Assembly (NCBI RefSeq): GCF_001194135.2
Contig: NC_068983.1
Location: 108,702,453-108,766,452 of the forward strand
Source of the DNA: Octopus bimaculoides
Lineage: Eukaryota
DNA: 64,000 nt
Direction: 5' to 3'
The translations under genes were made by a program, and so were the position numbers. Under the pieces are notes generated by a model, which made no database searches, was not told the DNA's origin, and saw only the letters and a program-made list of their open reading frames with translations. Shown here piece after piece: positions 24,579-35,839 of this stretch; within the stretch, counting starts at the first letter, position 1, and the number at the start of each line of letters is the position of its first letter.

Positions 24579-24721
24579 ATATATTATATATATATGTTTT
24601 ATGTATTACACGCACATACACACACACGCATAGTTGAAATTTACAGAAAAACAAAAGACAAAGACAGGTGTATAAACAACAAGCAGGTATATTAGTTTGA
24701 TGCCCGGGAAAGTGAGAAAGT

Positions 24722-24757
24722 CTTTTACGTTTTGAGCCTACGCTCTTCAACAGAAAG
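24722..24757 (-). ncRNA. Variant hammerhead motif (CUGUUGA core), mutated
   Basis: CTTT-CTGTTGA-A-GAG CGTAGG CTC-AAA-AC GT-A-AAAG. All three stems pair; A6U and G12A. Confidence 0.5.
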
Positions 24758-25273
24758 GAATATACCATTTATATATTATATATTATAATGAATGAGAGAA
24801 ATGGAAAATGGAGTTCATGAGAATCTTTATTCATTGCAATGATTGTTTCAACACATCTTGCATCGGTCTCTTGCAGATAGGATACTGTACAACTGGTTGT
24901 GTTGCATTCTCTGGAGCAGATGCATCTCATCAGGTGTTAAGCTTTAAAGGTACCTCGCTAAATATACTCAGTTTTGCTTGGCACGTTGTTGGCTATATCA
25001 TATATATATACATTATATATTACACATACACACACACACATGAATGCACACACACACATATTTATATATGACAGACTTTCATACAATTATCATTTTGCAA
25101 ATTTCACTTTTAAGACATTGGATTACGTTTAAGGATTTAATATCAAATAATGAAAATTCCAAAGTTTGAAATATTTTAAGAGAAAACAATACAAATAAGG
25201 TGGGGAACAGAACTAGAAGTGATTTAGAAATAATACATTTCTAAATCTCTCAGAGAGAGATGCTAAGCCTGCA

Positions 25274-25316
25274 TCCAGAGACATGTTTCTGAGTCTTTGC
25301 TCATCATCAGTCTGGA
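25274..25316 (-). ncRNA. Minimal type I hammerhead ribozyme, complete core
   Basis: TCCAGA-CTGATGA-TGAG CAAAGA CTCA-GAA-AC AT GT-C-TCTGGA. Stem I is 6 bp, stem II 4 bp, stem III the palindrome ACATGT. GUC site with predicted cleavage between 25280 and 25279. Confidence 0.8.
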
Positions 25317-25452
25317 GTAGCATGACTTGCTAGTCGAAGATGCCTGCCAAGCTCTTGTAAACATATAATAATTCTAGTGAAATACATTCACTGATTTCAA
25401 ATTTAGAAATAATACATTTCTAAATCTCTCAGAGAGATTTATNNNNNNNNNN

Positions 25453-25590
25453 GAATAATACTACTGTTGGTTAGACCTAGGAAGCTGCACCGCTTCCTGT
25501 CGGCCTTGTAAACATAAGGACACAGGAAATGTGTCAAGGCCGACAGGAAGCGGTGCAGCTTCCTAGGTCTAACCAACAGTAGTATTATTC
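25453..25590. repeat. Perfect 56-bp inverted repeat with a 26-nt loop, abutting the N gap
   Basis: 25453-25508 and 25535-25590 are exact reverse complements. Confidence 0.9.
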
Positions 25591-26384
25591 CCTTCAGGGG
25601 ACTGTCACATTAAGTTGACAGCATACAACTAGAAGTGATTTATTTACAATTTTGAAAAGGAAGTTTATCTTAGAGACATTAAATTAAAAGTGTATTGCAA
25701 GAATAATAAATCAAATACATAATCAAAAATGTAAAGAGTTCTTCAAATTCTCTCATTATTGGTAAGTTTTGCACTAACACACAAATGATATTCTTGATCC
25801 AGCAAGCAAATTTAGATAGAAGATCTCTATAAGAGATGAAAGTAATAATTATATTAAGAAGTAATGTGTATCACCACTTAAACATGGCTGTTCTGTAGGA
25901 ACCGATGTTACTACTATTTTTAATCCCAGGAAGAGTCTCTTCCAGCTGGTTATTTGATGCAATCTGCAAGCAGGGGAGTGAACTCCTACTATTTTCCAGC
26001 CACAAGACTACCAAACTATACTGTTTTGACCTCTTTGTGGTCAATCCTCAGTGGTGGATACTCATCCACTAGAGATAGCATTAGCTCATGTTATCTTGCA
26101 ATATTTAGAAAACAAGTGACACACAGTCACTGATCTTGTAACAAGCAAATTAGGTAGTTAGGAAAGTCTCTACAAGAGGTGAAAACAGTAATTATACTGA
26201 AAAGTAATGTTTATCACCAGTCATTCTTGATTATTTTTCAATATTAACCAAAACACATTGACAGCAAAATATGTACAAGGAATTTAATGTATAGAAGTAT
26301 TTATGCTTATTTATTTATAGAGTTCTTATTTATTCTAACACAATCGTTGTCGTCATTCTCCTCCACCTCCTCCTCCTCATCATC

Positions 26385-26540
26385 ATCATTATTATTCAAC
26401 ATCCTTTTTCCATGTTGGCCAGTTTGACCAAAGCTGGCAGCCGGAGAGCTGCACCAAGTTCCAGTCTAATTTGGTTTGGTTTCTATGAGTGCATGCGCTT
26501 CCTAACACTAACCACTTTACAGTGTGTGATGGGCACTTTT
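26385..26540 (-). mobile_element. SINE family C fragment
   Basis: (CAT)n followed by TTTTCCATGTTGG...GCTGCACCAAG...CCTTCCTAAC-like reverse complement of the family C 3' end. Confidence 0.65.
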
Positions 26541-26635
26541 CTAACATATTTCACTGCTTTTATATCTACAATAAACTCAGGGATATAAAAATTATTTGTG
26601 TTTTAGACTTGTTTCAACATATTTGCCATTGTTAG

Positions 26636-26932
26636 TGTTATGGCGAGGACCATGACACCCCCTGTGAGAATGGGCTAGCCAAACTCGTATAAGTAGCAGT
26701 GTGTTTTGACTGAGAGATGAGAAATCGCAGGAAGTTGAAAAGTGTCGTTCATGAGTTTGTGGAGTCACCGCAAATTGTTGAGAAGTTCATTGTGAGTTGG
26801 TTACAGTTGTTGACAGAGTATTTGGGAATACATTAAGTGGAGACAGTTAGTGTCTACCCTGTTCCGTGGTACTATATATCACACTGTATTAGTGCACAAT
26901 ACTAAGGTGACATATACAGAAACCACGTTATA
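26636..26932. mobile_element. Possible solo LTR
   Basis: GC-richer block of about 295 bp starting TGTTATGG and ending CCACGTTATA, with a TATA-like motif inside. No TSD was found. Confidence 0.3.
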
Positions 26933-27240
26933 GAAATTAGATACAACTTTAATAATCTCAGCAATCATTTACTTATAACTAAAAATTCACTTGTAACAAA
27001 AACAATAGTCAGCTAAGATTTTAATATTGGTATGTTATTTCTAAACAACAAAGAGAGATACACAAATGTGCAAGATTAATTTCTAAATTTTCAAACTTTT
27101 TCTTTCTCAAAATCCTGTCTTTTGATCATTCGTATATCTTTATTGAAAGAACAAAAAATCCAATAATGAAAGAATTTAAAGAATAGTAGTAGTGTGGGCT
27201 ACCATACTTGTATTACAAAACAAATCATGGCTTTCCTCAC

Positions 27241-27264
27241 CCATAAACAAATATATTACATTGC
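27241..27264 (-). other. Candidate 24-nt microexon
   Basis: gtatttttattgttAG|GCAATGTAATATATTTGTTTATGG|gtgagg, phase 1-1, xNVIYLFMG. Confidence 0.25.
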
Positions 27265-27684
27265 CTAACAATAAAAATACATGTGCAGAACTTCAGATTT
27301 TATAATAGGCTAAATGATTATACAAGATTTTTACATCTTTTTCTAAATATATTTCAGTTACTGGGATTCTCGAAAGCAGTTCTACATAGTCATAAAATAT
27401 GAGTATGATGCTGGCTTAGATTGATGTTCAATTTAACTAATCAAATATGCTTAAAAAAAGAGCTTAGTAGAGCTTATTTTGGAGACAGTGAAACTATAAA
27501 AGGTTTAGTTTACAGCTCTCAAAATTAGAGCTGAATATTTGTATGTCGTCAGTATGCATGATGCAAGTCAACTCTCACCTCTTCTCTCTCATGCAGACAT
27601 TCTAGTCTGAATTCTCAATGTCTGCTGAATCCGTTGAACATTGAACTTTTAATGTTGTTGCAAATTATTGTGGGGATAATAATA

Positions 27685-28225
27685 ATGACCTTGCTTCCAC
27701 ACCTGAAATTTCTTCTCTATTTCTGGCAGTGATTCAGCTATAAGAACAAGGTCATCAGCATAAAGGAGTTCCCAGGGGCATCCCATCTTAAATTCCTCTG
27801 TTATTGCCTGGAAGACTATGCTGAACAAGTGGGGCTAAGGACTGATCCTTCATGAACCCCTACTTGTATCCTAAATTCGTTGCTATATTCATTGCTAACC
27901 TTCACCTTACTAACAGCATCCCTGTACATGGCTTGTACAACTCTCACTAGCCACTAATCTATCCCTAGCTCCTGCATTGACCACCAGATAAGGGAGCAAG
28001 GGCTCTGTCAAAGGCTTTCTCCATGCCAACAAAAGCCAAGAACAGTGGTTTAGTTTTAGATAGATATTGCTCCTGCAGTTACCTAATCAGGTATATAGCA
28101 TCAGTCGTGCTCCTGCTTGGCACAGATCTGAACTGCATTTTATCTGCACTAACTCTCTTCCTACTAAATTGAGCTATGACCTTTTCTGTGATTTTCATCA
28201 TCTGACTGGTTCCCAGCAAAGTGTT
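27685..28225 (-). mobile_element. RTE-clade LINE reverse-transcriptase fragment
   Basis: KITEKVIAQ...MQFRSVPSRSTTDAIYLIR*LQEQYLSKTKPLFLAFVGMEKAFDR...QVGVHEGSVLSPL...PWELLYADDLVLIAES. Confidence 0.9.
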
Positions 28226-28545
28226 ACTTCAAGTTGGAGAACAGATGATAGCCAGATGGGGCCACTTCAGGAGAATAGGGATGGGGATCAACCAGTTCAA
28301 AACCACAGTGATGCACAGCAGCCATTGAAACCAAGGACTTGTATGCTGGAGCATTGTTCTGATGAAACAAGACCCCTTTCGTCAGTTTTGCTGGCAGTTT
28401 GGTCAAGTTAGCCTTTTGTGACTGCCTCAGCAAGTTGGCATAGAACTCTCCCTTGATGATATGACCCTTTTGAAGATAGTCAATAAGCACAATGCCTTTT
28501 GTATACCAAAAAACATGCCATCACCTTCCCTGCAGATGAAATGAA
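28226..28545 (-). mobile_element. mariner transposase fragment, irritans-like
   Basis: SAGKVMA...IDYLQKGHIIKGEFYANLL...KGVLFHQNNAPAYKSLVSMAAVHHCGFELVDPHPYSPEVAPSGYHLFSNLK. Confidence 0.85.
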
Positions 28546-29760
28546 CTTGCTGCTTTTCTCATTTTCCCAAAAAATATTTCAAAATTTAGAGATCTGATCT
28601 TTCAGTATTACGGTATTCAGTCATGTGGTTTTTGTCATTTCAAGCATCAATAATCTCAGCAGTCTTTCAATATTCAGTGCCGTAATGACAGAGTCTAATA
28701 TTTAAACCCTGCTTTTATGCTCCTTTACTTTTACTATCAGTAAGGAGAAAGTAGCAGTGTTATTTTAAACACACACACACACATAAATCACATTTGGCAA
28801 CATAACAATAGAATGCTTTGCTATCTGAGTTTATCCTTCTAATGCTCATAGTATAAAACCTTTGCAAACTGCTTTGCTTCAGTTTTTCATCATACTAGAT
28901 ATACTTGGTGTCATGCTATCATCCATCCCTTCAATGCTTATCTTTTAGCTCTTCTAGTCATATCCACTGTACTATTCCACAACTGTATTGTTTGACTCAA
29001 ATCCTACTCCATTTACAAAATAGTCTAATGGCTCATAACCGTTGGTTTATTAAGACTTCAGTTGCCCTCTGTGTCATAATTTTCTCTCACCTTATAGTAT
29101 AAATATTACCCAGTGCTGCTTGGTAGTCTTACCTAACAGCTAATAGAAGATTCATAGCTTTCTCCTATTGTCTTTTGTCCATCTAACTACCTGTTAAACT
29201 GTACCAAACTGAATTTCTCTCAGAGCATATACTCATAGTGTTTTAGAGTAGCATTATCAGTTTCTCCAGCAATCTCCTTTTTTTCTCTATTAAACACAAA
29301 ATCAATCTGGCTGTCATGTTCACCTGAAAGGTAGGTGACTGCTTTACTGGCTAGCTTGCTGAACTTTGTGTTGCAACTTCATACATCATTTGCATTCAAA
29401 ATTCCAGAAATCTTTATCTTTTTCCATGTCTTGTACCATGACGATAGCCTCCATACAGACTATTACTTCCATCCAATATTTCCTTAAATTAAAATCATTG
29501 TCAATAATAATATCACTGCTATCAATTATTGAGACAACTTGCACAAGCACTCCATAAATCTCCTCATCCATCAAGCCTACTCATGGGGAATTAGTAGAGA
29601 TCACAGGTGCTATTATATTGCCCATTACCAGTCAGAGCTTAATTATTCTAGCTCTTATACTCAATATCATAGTGGTAATTTTCTTTGCCTGTCATGCCAA
29701 GGAAACTAGTAATCATTTATGAGCCAACAAGGGAGCCTCAACATTGTTCTTGACCTGCAT
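28546..29760 (-). mobile_element. RTE-clade LINE APE endonuclease and linker, heavily degraded
   Basis: DEEIYGVLVQVVSIIDSSDIIIDNDFN...KFSKLASKAVTYLSGEHDSQIDFV. The 28546-28900 part is assigned only tentatively. Confidence 0.7.
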
Positions 29761-30231
29761 GAAATAGCAAATGAATTTTACCCATTATCATTAAAAAAGG
29801 ATGAACACTTTGGATAATGTAGTTCTTAATACACAAAAAATAGTGAATTGGAGCTAAAGAATAATAACGATCTCAATAACTTCATCTACTTACTTTCCTG
29901 ATCGGGGTTTACTCAGGCTGGTTCAGTGATCTATTACTACAGATTTCGTATGGTACATAGCCCGTTCTTCTGACAAGTCAATTCAGTTGAGTTATTATCT
30001 AAAGAACTGGTTACACATGGTGAAAACTCTACTATATTAACCCTCTGATTGGCCTAAACAATATCTATCTTTGAATACATATACGTAAATGAGAATGTAC
30101 GTATGTACATACATATATACACACATATATAAGACAAGTTCCTTCATAGTTTCCATTTAACATACTTCACTTACAAAGAGATGGTTATAACAAAGGTTAT
30201 GTTTTCTGATCTAACAAAGGCTATGTTAGAA

Positions 30232-30862
30232 AACACCCAACCACATGGTTCCAGGTTTAGTCCCACTGCATGGCACCTCAGGCAAATGTTTTCTACTGTA
30301 GTCTCAATCCTACCATAGCTTCATGAGTGGATTTAGCAGATAGAAACTGAAAGAAGCCTGTCATATATACATACATACATCTATATAAGATTCAGTTGAC
30401 TTAGGTACTTAAATTGAGGTACCTTGTTAGGTCAATCTAATTTGCACACCCAAACAATATCAGATGAATATCAAAGTCTGTGCAGAATTGTTTGCACTTG
30501 ATATTCTTGCAGTGTATGCATATAACACGACCCAACTTAGTGAAGAGATCCATTCTTGGTTGTTCAGACATGTGCTTTATATAAAAATACTGGTTGTTCA
30601 GACATGTACTTTACACAAAAATTCTGCCAAAGAAATAGTAGTGGAATCATTGTAAATATTTGAGCTCCAGTTGGTGATATGAATATGTTAAAACAGTTGG
30701 TTGGTCCTTTGTGTGTGAAGTCTATGCAGTCATCTGACGAAAACGGTTTCTTTGCAATGATGTAATGTTTTCATTAATCAATTAAAGGAGTCACTTGAAA
30801 TGTCCATAATGAATTGACACTTGTACATCTTTGTTACTCATTTATATATATATATATGTGTG

Positions 30863-30905
<43 letters not shown>

Positions 30906-31115
30906 TTCTTTGTGTGTGTGTGTGTGTGTGTCCCACCACTTGACAACTGGTGTTGGTGTGTCTGTATCCCCATAACTTAGCAGTTTGGCAAAAGAGACTG
31001 AAAGAATAAGTATCAGACTTGAAAAATGAAAAAATAAGTACAATTCACTTGACTAAAAGTTCTTCAGGGCAGTGTCCCAGCATTGTCGTAGTCTAATGAC
31101 TGAAACAAGCAAAAG
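30232..31115 (+). mobile_element. SINE family B split into head (30232-30370) and 3' half (30905-31115)
   Basis: CCAACCACATGGTTCCAGGTTTAGTCCCACTGCATGGCACC...GAAACTGAAAGAAGCC, and CCACTTGACAAC...CATAACTTAGCAGTTTGGCAAAAGAGAC...ATGACTGAAACAAG. Confidence 0.75.
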
Positions 31116-31185
31116 ATAAATGATATAACAATGGATGCTCCGAAGCAACCTTCACAAATCTGTTTTTTCTTTTAATTTTGAAATA

Positions 31186-32468
31186 TCAGGTCATTAATAA
31201 AGAACTGTCCGATTTTCTTATGCATCAAGTTTGACACTCATTAACTCTGATGTTTTATCCTGACAGTTCTTTGTTTTACAACACTGAAGAGTTACATCAT
31301 CACTTTTCGAAATGCAATTCATGGTGTTTGATTATATTTTGAGTTTTCTCTTGGAAATTAATTTTTGTGAACCCATGGATAGACAAAAAATTTGTGTTGT
31401 TTATGAATATGAGATCCACCATGGAACCAAGGCATCCCATCAGCTCGAAAACATCAATGAGGAATTTGGTGAAAATGTGGCAAATGAGTGCACTGTACGT
31501 CGATGGTTTGAGAAGTTCCAGTCTGGTGACTCTACTCTTGAAAATCAACCCCGTGGTAGTCTTGAGACCAAGATGGATAATGGTGAGCTGGAATTTATAA
31601 TGGAAGCAGATACATCTCAAACTATGTGTGAGTTAGCAGCAAGGTTTGATGTTTTGATTCCAACTCTATTGGACCATCTGAAACAAATTGGCATGAGAAA
31701 GAAGCTGGACAAGCAGATACCACACAAACTAAATGAGTATCAAATGACATGTCATCTTGAAACTTGTTCTTTGCTGTCGCAGCATAAAAGCAAACCATAT
31801 TTGCATTGTATTGTTACCTGTGATGGAAAATGGATTGTTTTCAACAACAGCAAGCGTTCTGCACGGTGGTTAGATAAAAACAAAGTGTCAAAACACAATC
31901 CAAAAAAGAATATTCACCCAAAAAAGCTAATGGTGTCTGTTTGGTGGTCCAGTGCTGGTATCATCCACTACAGCTTCATGAATCCTGATAAGTCAATTAC
32001 AGCGGATGTATACATCAATCAATTGGATGAAATGATGAGTGAACTTGCATTTAAACAACCAAGATTGGTCAATAGAGACAGGCCAATTCTCTTGCAAGAC
32101 AATATTCAACTACATGTTGCACAAAGAATGCTACTCAAGTTACAGGAACTGAACATGGAAGTACTCTGTCATCCACCATATTCACCAGATCTTGCACCAA
32201 CTGACTATCACGTTTTCCAGGCATTAGACAACTTTTTGCAAGGAAAAAACTTCAAATCTGAAGAAGATGCAAAAACAGCCTTTTATAATTTCATCACCTC
32301 TTGCTCTCCAGAATTCTTTGCTGCTGGCATAAATAAGCTACCGATAAAGTGACAAAACTGTGTTGATAATTTAGGTGCATACTTTGATTAACTGCATTGC
32401 TTTTTTGTTGAGATAAAATAAAATAAGCTTTCAGTTCAAAATTGGACATTTCATTCTTAATGATCTGA
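31186..32468 (+). mobile_element. Full-length mariner element (1283 bp), cecropia/Hsmar1-like
   Basis: 30-bp TIRs (5 mismatches) TCAGGTCATTAATAAAGAACTGTCCGATTT, TA on both flanks, and a D,D34D transposase inside. Confidence 0.95.
31375..32391 (+). pseudogene. mariner D,D34D transposase, no frameshift, one premature stop at 32350-32352
   Basis: MDRQK... HTH region, QIPHKL (for WVPHEL), TCDGKW, QDN-34aa-D and HPPYSPDLAPTDY. Reading through the TGA gives QNCVDNLGAYFD*, the usual mariner C-terminus. Confidence 0.9.
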
Positions 32469-35334
32469 TATTTATGTTTCATTGGTCCAATATTAATAGT
32501 AGTTGACTTGAAATTTAGAACTTGAAACAAAGTTACTGCTGTTGACAGAGGGACTGCTTGATTGATGATAGTGAAGATAACGTACACATTTGATACCTTA
32601 ACTCCTGAATGCAGAACTGACTTTACATATGACAATTACATTAATGCACAATATTTTACAATATGTTGTGTTTCATGCTAATTGTCAGTCATTTTATGGA
32701 AAGCTACACTAGGCTGGATAGAGTATTTTTAGAGTGCTGCTGAAACTAGGGATGCTACCTAACAAGATTAAGAATCCTCAGCATCAACTAGAAAAAGAAA
32801 CATTTGTTTCATGTTTTTCATTTCCTGAGAAGTTATTTTGAAATAGATGAAAGTGTCATTAATATTGAAATATTCAATTATACATAGATTAATGTTACAA
32901 TGTTTGGATAATGACTCTTGATTTTTTTATACCCTTTAAAAAAATGGGTATAATACTTTGAATGATTATTCTTTCAAAAACTATAAACATTTGATAAAAG
33001 AGAGAAATGAAAATATTTTCTGAAATTTAAATCCTAAAAATATTGTGCTCAAGTAAAAAAAAAAAAAAAAAAAAAAGACAAAAAATAGAAATGCTGCAAT
33101 AATCCCCCAAAATATTTTTCTAAAAAGTATGCTAAAGTGTATGCATGCAAGAGTTTTTGAGAGAGAGAGGGGGAGCGAGAGAGTGAGAAAGAGTGGGGGA
33201 AGGTAGATGTGTGTATGTATGAAATACTATGGGATCATGAGGTATAAAGGAAAATGGAAAATCTATTTAAGTGTAATAATTCATTATTTAATGATCCGAT
33301 ACAAAGCTAAGTGTTATCAAATTGTAAATGACTGATGCAAAATATATTTAGTAAAATTGTATTTAAAGGGAAAAATTTGGGTATTTTTCTTTTCTTCTTT
33401 TAAATCAACATTGTTTTCTAAAGGCAACTCTAATTTTTCACATGACCAGCTTTTGGAATTTTATGAAAATATTTTGCAACTCATTGATCACAAATATGCA
33501 AAGTTTCCTCACATCTCTGTCTCTCCTCTTTCATTCTCTTTATAAATATACTGTAAAATATTAATAGGTGAGAGAATTAGGCTGTAGTTATACTTTATTT
33601 ATATGTATGTTGTTGATGCACATATATTGATTTTTAATAAATTTCACTTGATCCTGCTATAAAATCTGATTTTGACTTTCACAAGAAGATAAATGAAAAA
33701 TGAAGTTCATGAAAATTTTTAGGTTTGAATTGTATTCATTAGAGAGAACTTTTAGTTGCTGTAATTAATATATAAGCAAACGTTCTCTTCTTTTAAACAT
33801 AGTCAAAGATATCTATTGTTAACATTGTGTAAATAATTTTGAAACTTTTAGCTATTTGAGATTAATTATTTAGAAATATTTTTTTACGAATCAACTCAGT
33901 TCTTCTGTTTACTGAAATTTCCTAAAGTTTATCTTTTCAAGTTAAAAAGAAGTAGTGTCATTTGCTATGATACATCATATTTATTCATGTATAATACACT
34001 GCTTATCAGATATTTCAAACTAATTATGAAAGGCATGCAGCCTATTTGAGAACCAATTGCTGCTTACATTTTCTTAGTCAAGTGTTTCACCATATTCTGC
34101 ATGGCATGATGGAAATAAGTTAAGTACATCTACTGTTCAGACTAACTGATATGTAATGGTAATAACAATACTTTTCTATTATAATAATAACAGGCAGAAA
34201 TGCATCAGGTGGACATACTGCCATCAATCTTCAGTGTAGAAGATTATAAAATAATATTTACAGTATTGAAAACATTAACTGAATTATTTAATGTGTAGAT
34301 TAAATTAATAAATTTTCATTAAGGATACCATCATTAACAAAATGCATATATAAACTGAAAAATAAATACTTTTGTTTCTGAAATACTATAATCATTATAA
34401 TAAAGTGACACTTTATACATTTGCACTGAAAAAAATAGACAAACAAAACCCTGAACATTTCATAATGAAAGTACATATATAAAAGTATTTACATGCTGAG
34501 TTACACATTTCATATGATTCCATTTAAGTTGACTTTTCTCCAGTTAACTTTTATGGTAATAACACTTTTACAGCTGACACCAGTGAAGTTCAAAGATCAC
34601 TTCCAAATTTACTTATTGTTTTGTGGATGCTTTAACTTTTTCAGTGTATGTTAGATAGCTATATCAAAAATCTTACTAAGCACTTCTTTTCCTGTATAAC
34701 ACGAAAAAAAAAAAAACTATGTACTATGTATGAGATTTTCTTAGCTCATAATTAGTGATGTACATTATATAGAAAAGCATATCATATAAAAAAAGAACAG
34801 CACATTTTATGTTCTTTTTCAATAAACAAAGAAATTTTAATTATTTTTTTTACCATTTGAAGAATGTGTACTTACGGTATGATAATATATATTAACATGT
34901 ACAAAGTCAATTGTTGTATGCCTAGTCACTGATGCTCTATTTCTCATTTGTTTTTCACTTATAAATATGCATGACTGCAGTTGGTCCAATAATAAACATG
35001 TCTATTGATTGTTAATGAGCTGCAAAGCAGTGATGGCTTCTTAGCTCAATTGATGGTTAGTAGCTTATATCACAGCTATCACATAAATGTATCTTCTTAG
35101 TTACATACAATACAAAATCATGATGATTGTCATTGTCTGCAAATGATTACTCTTCTGATTACCAATAAAGAGACAACATTTATTATTGTATGGAAGACAT
35201 AGGTTTTCTCAGATATTGATGATCTGTTATTGGCTTGCTTTGGCTCATGTAATCCTAAGTGGCTAACAAGTGGTTACCAACTTAAGAAAGTCAAGTTAAA
35301 TCAGGAGTTGAACATTTGAAATGATTATTGGTTC

Positions 35335-35427
35335 TGGGATCAGTCCCACTGCATTGTACCTTGGGTGGCTTCTCCTATAGACTCAGGCTGACCAAAGCCT
35401 TGGTAGATGGAAACTGAAATAAGCTCA

Positions 35428-35430
<3 letters not shown>
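35335..35430 (+). mobile_element. SINE family B head fragment
   Basis: GGTTCTGGGATCAGTCCCACTGC...GACCAAAGCCTTG...GATGGAAACTGAAA followed by (TA)n. Confidence 0.7.
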
Positions 35431-35462
<32 letters not shown>

Positions 35463-35465
<3 letters not shown>

Positions 35466-35755
35466 TCATCATCATCGTTTAACGTCCGCTTTCCATGCTA
35501 GCATGGGTTGGACGATTTAACTGAGGACTGGTGCAACCGGATGGCTACACCAGGCTCCAATCTAATTTGGCAGAATTTCTACAGCTGGATGCCCTTCCTA
35601 ACGCCAACCACTCAGAGAGTGTAGTGGGTGCTTTTACGTGTCACCCGCACGAAAACGGCCACGCTCGAAATGGTGTCTTTTATGTGCCACCTGCACAAGA
35701 GCCAGTCCAGGGGCACTGGCAACGATCTCACTTGGCTTGCCGGGTCTTCTCACGC
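35463..35755 (-). mobile_element. SINE family C, young copy
   Basis: Close reverse complement of 1-252. Confidence 0.9.
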
Positions 35756-35759
35756 ACAG

Positions 35760-35825
<66 letters not shown>

Positions 35826-35839
35826 TATTCTTTAATTCT

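Larger units (their letters stand above)
25227..25626 (-). mobile_element. Ribozyme-bearing insertion bounded by a 16-bp direct repeat (contains an N gap)
   Basis: AACTAGAAGTGATTTA at 25211-25226 and 25627-25642. Internal exact 37-nt direct repeat at 25222-25258 and 25401-25437. Confidence 0.55.

Noticed and set aside
24835-24940. Minus-strand CTGATGA...GAAAC pair about 80 nt apart
   Set aside because: Stem I does not pair in hammerhead topology and position 16.1 is C, so the support is too weak.
28350-28375. CTGATGAAAC
   Set aside because: It is the antisense of mariner coding sequence (VLFHQNN).
32350-32352. Programmed readthrough or selenocysteine at the mariner TGA, or at the PLE stop 39877-39879
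   Set aside because: TGG-to-TGA is a simple transition at a conserved Trp, and the PLE stop is TAA.
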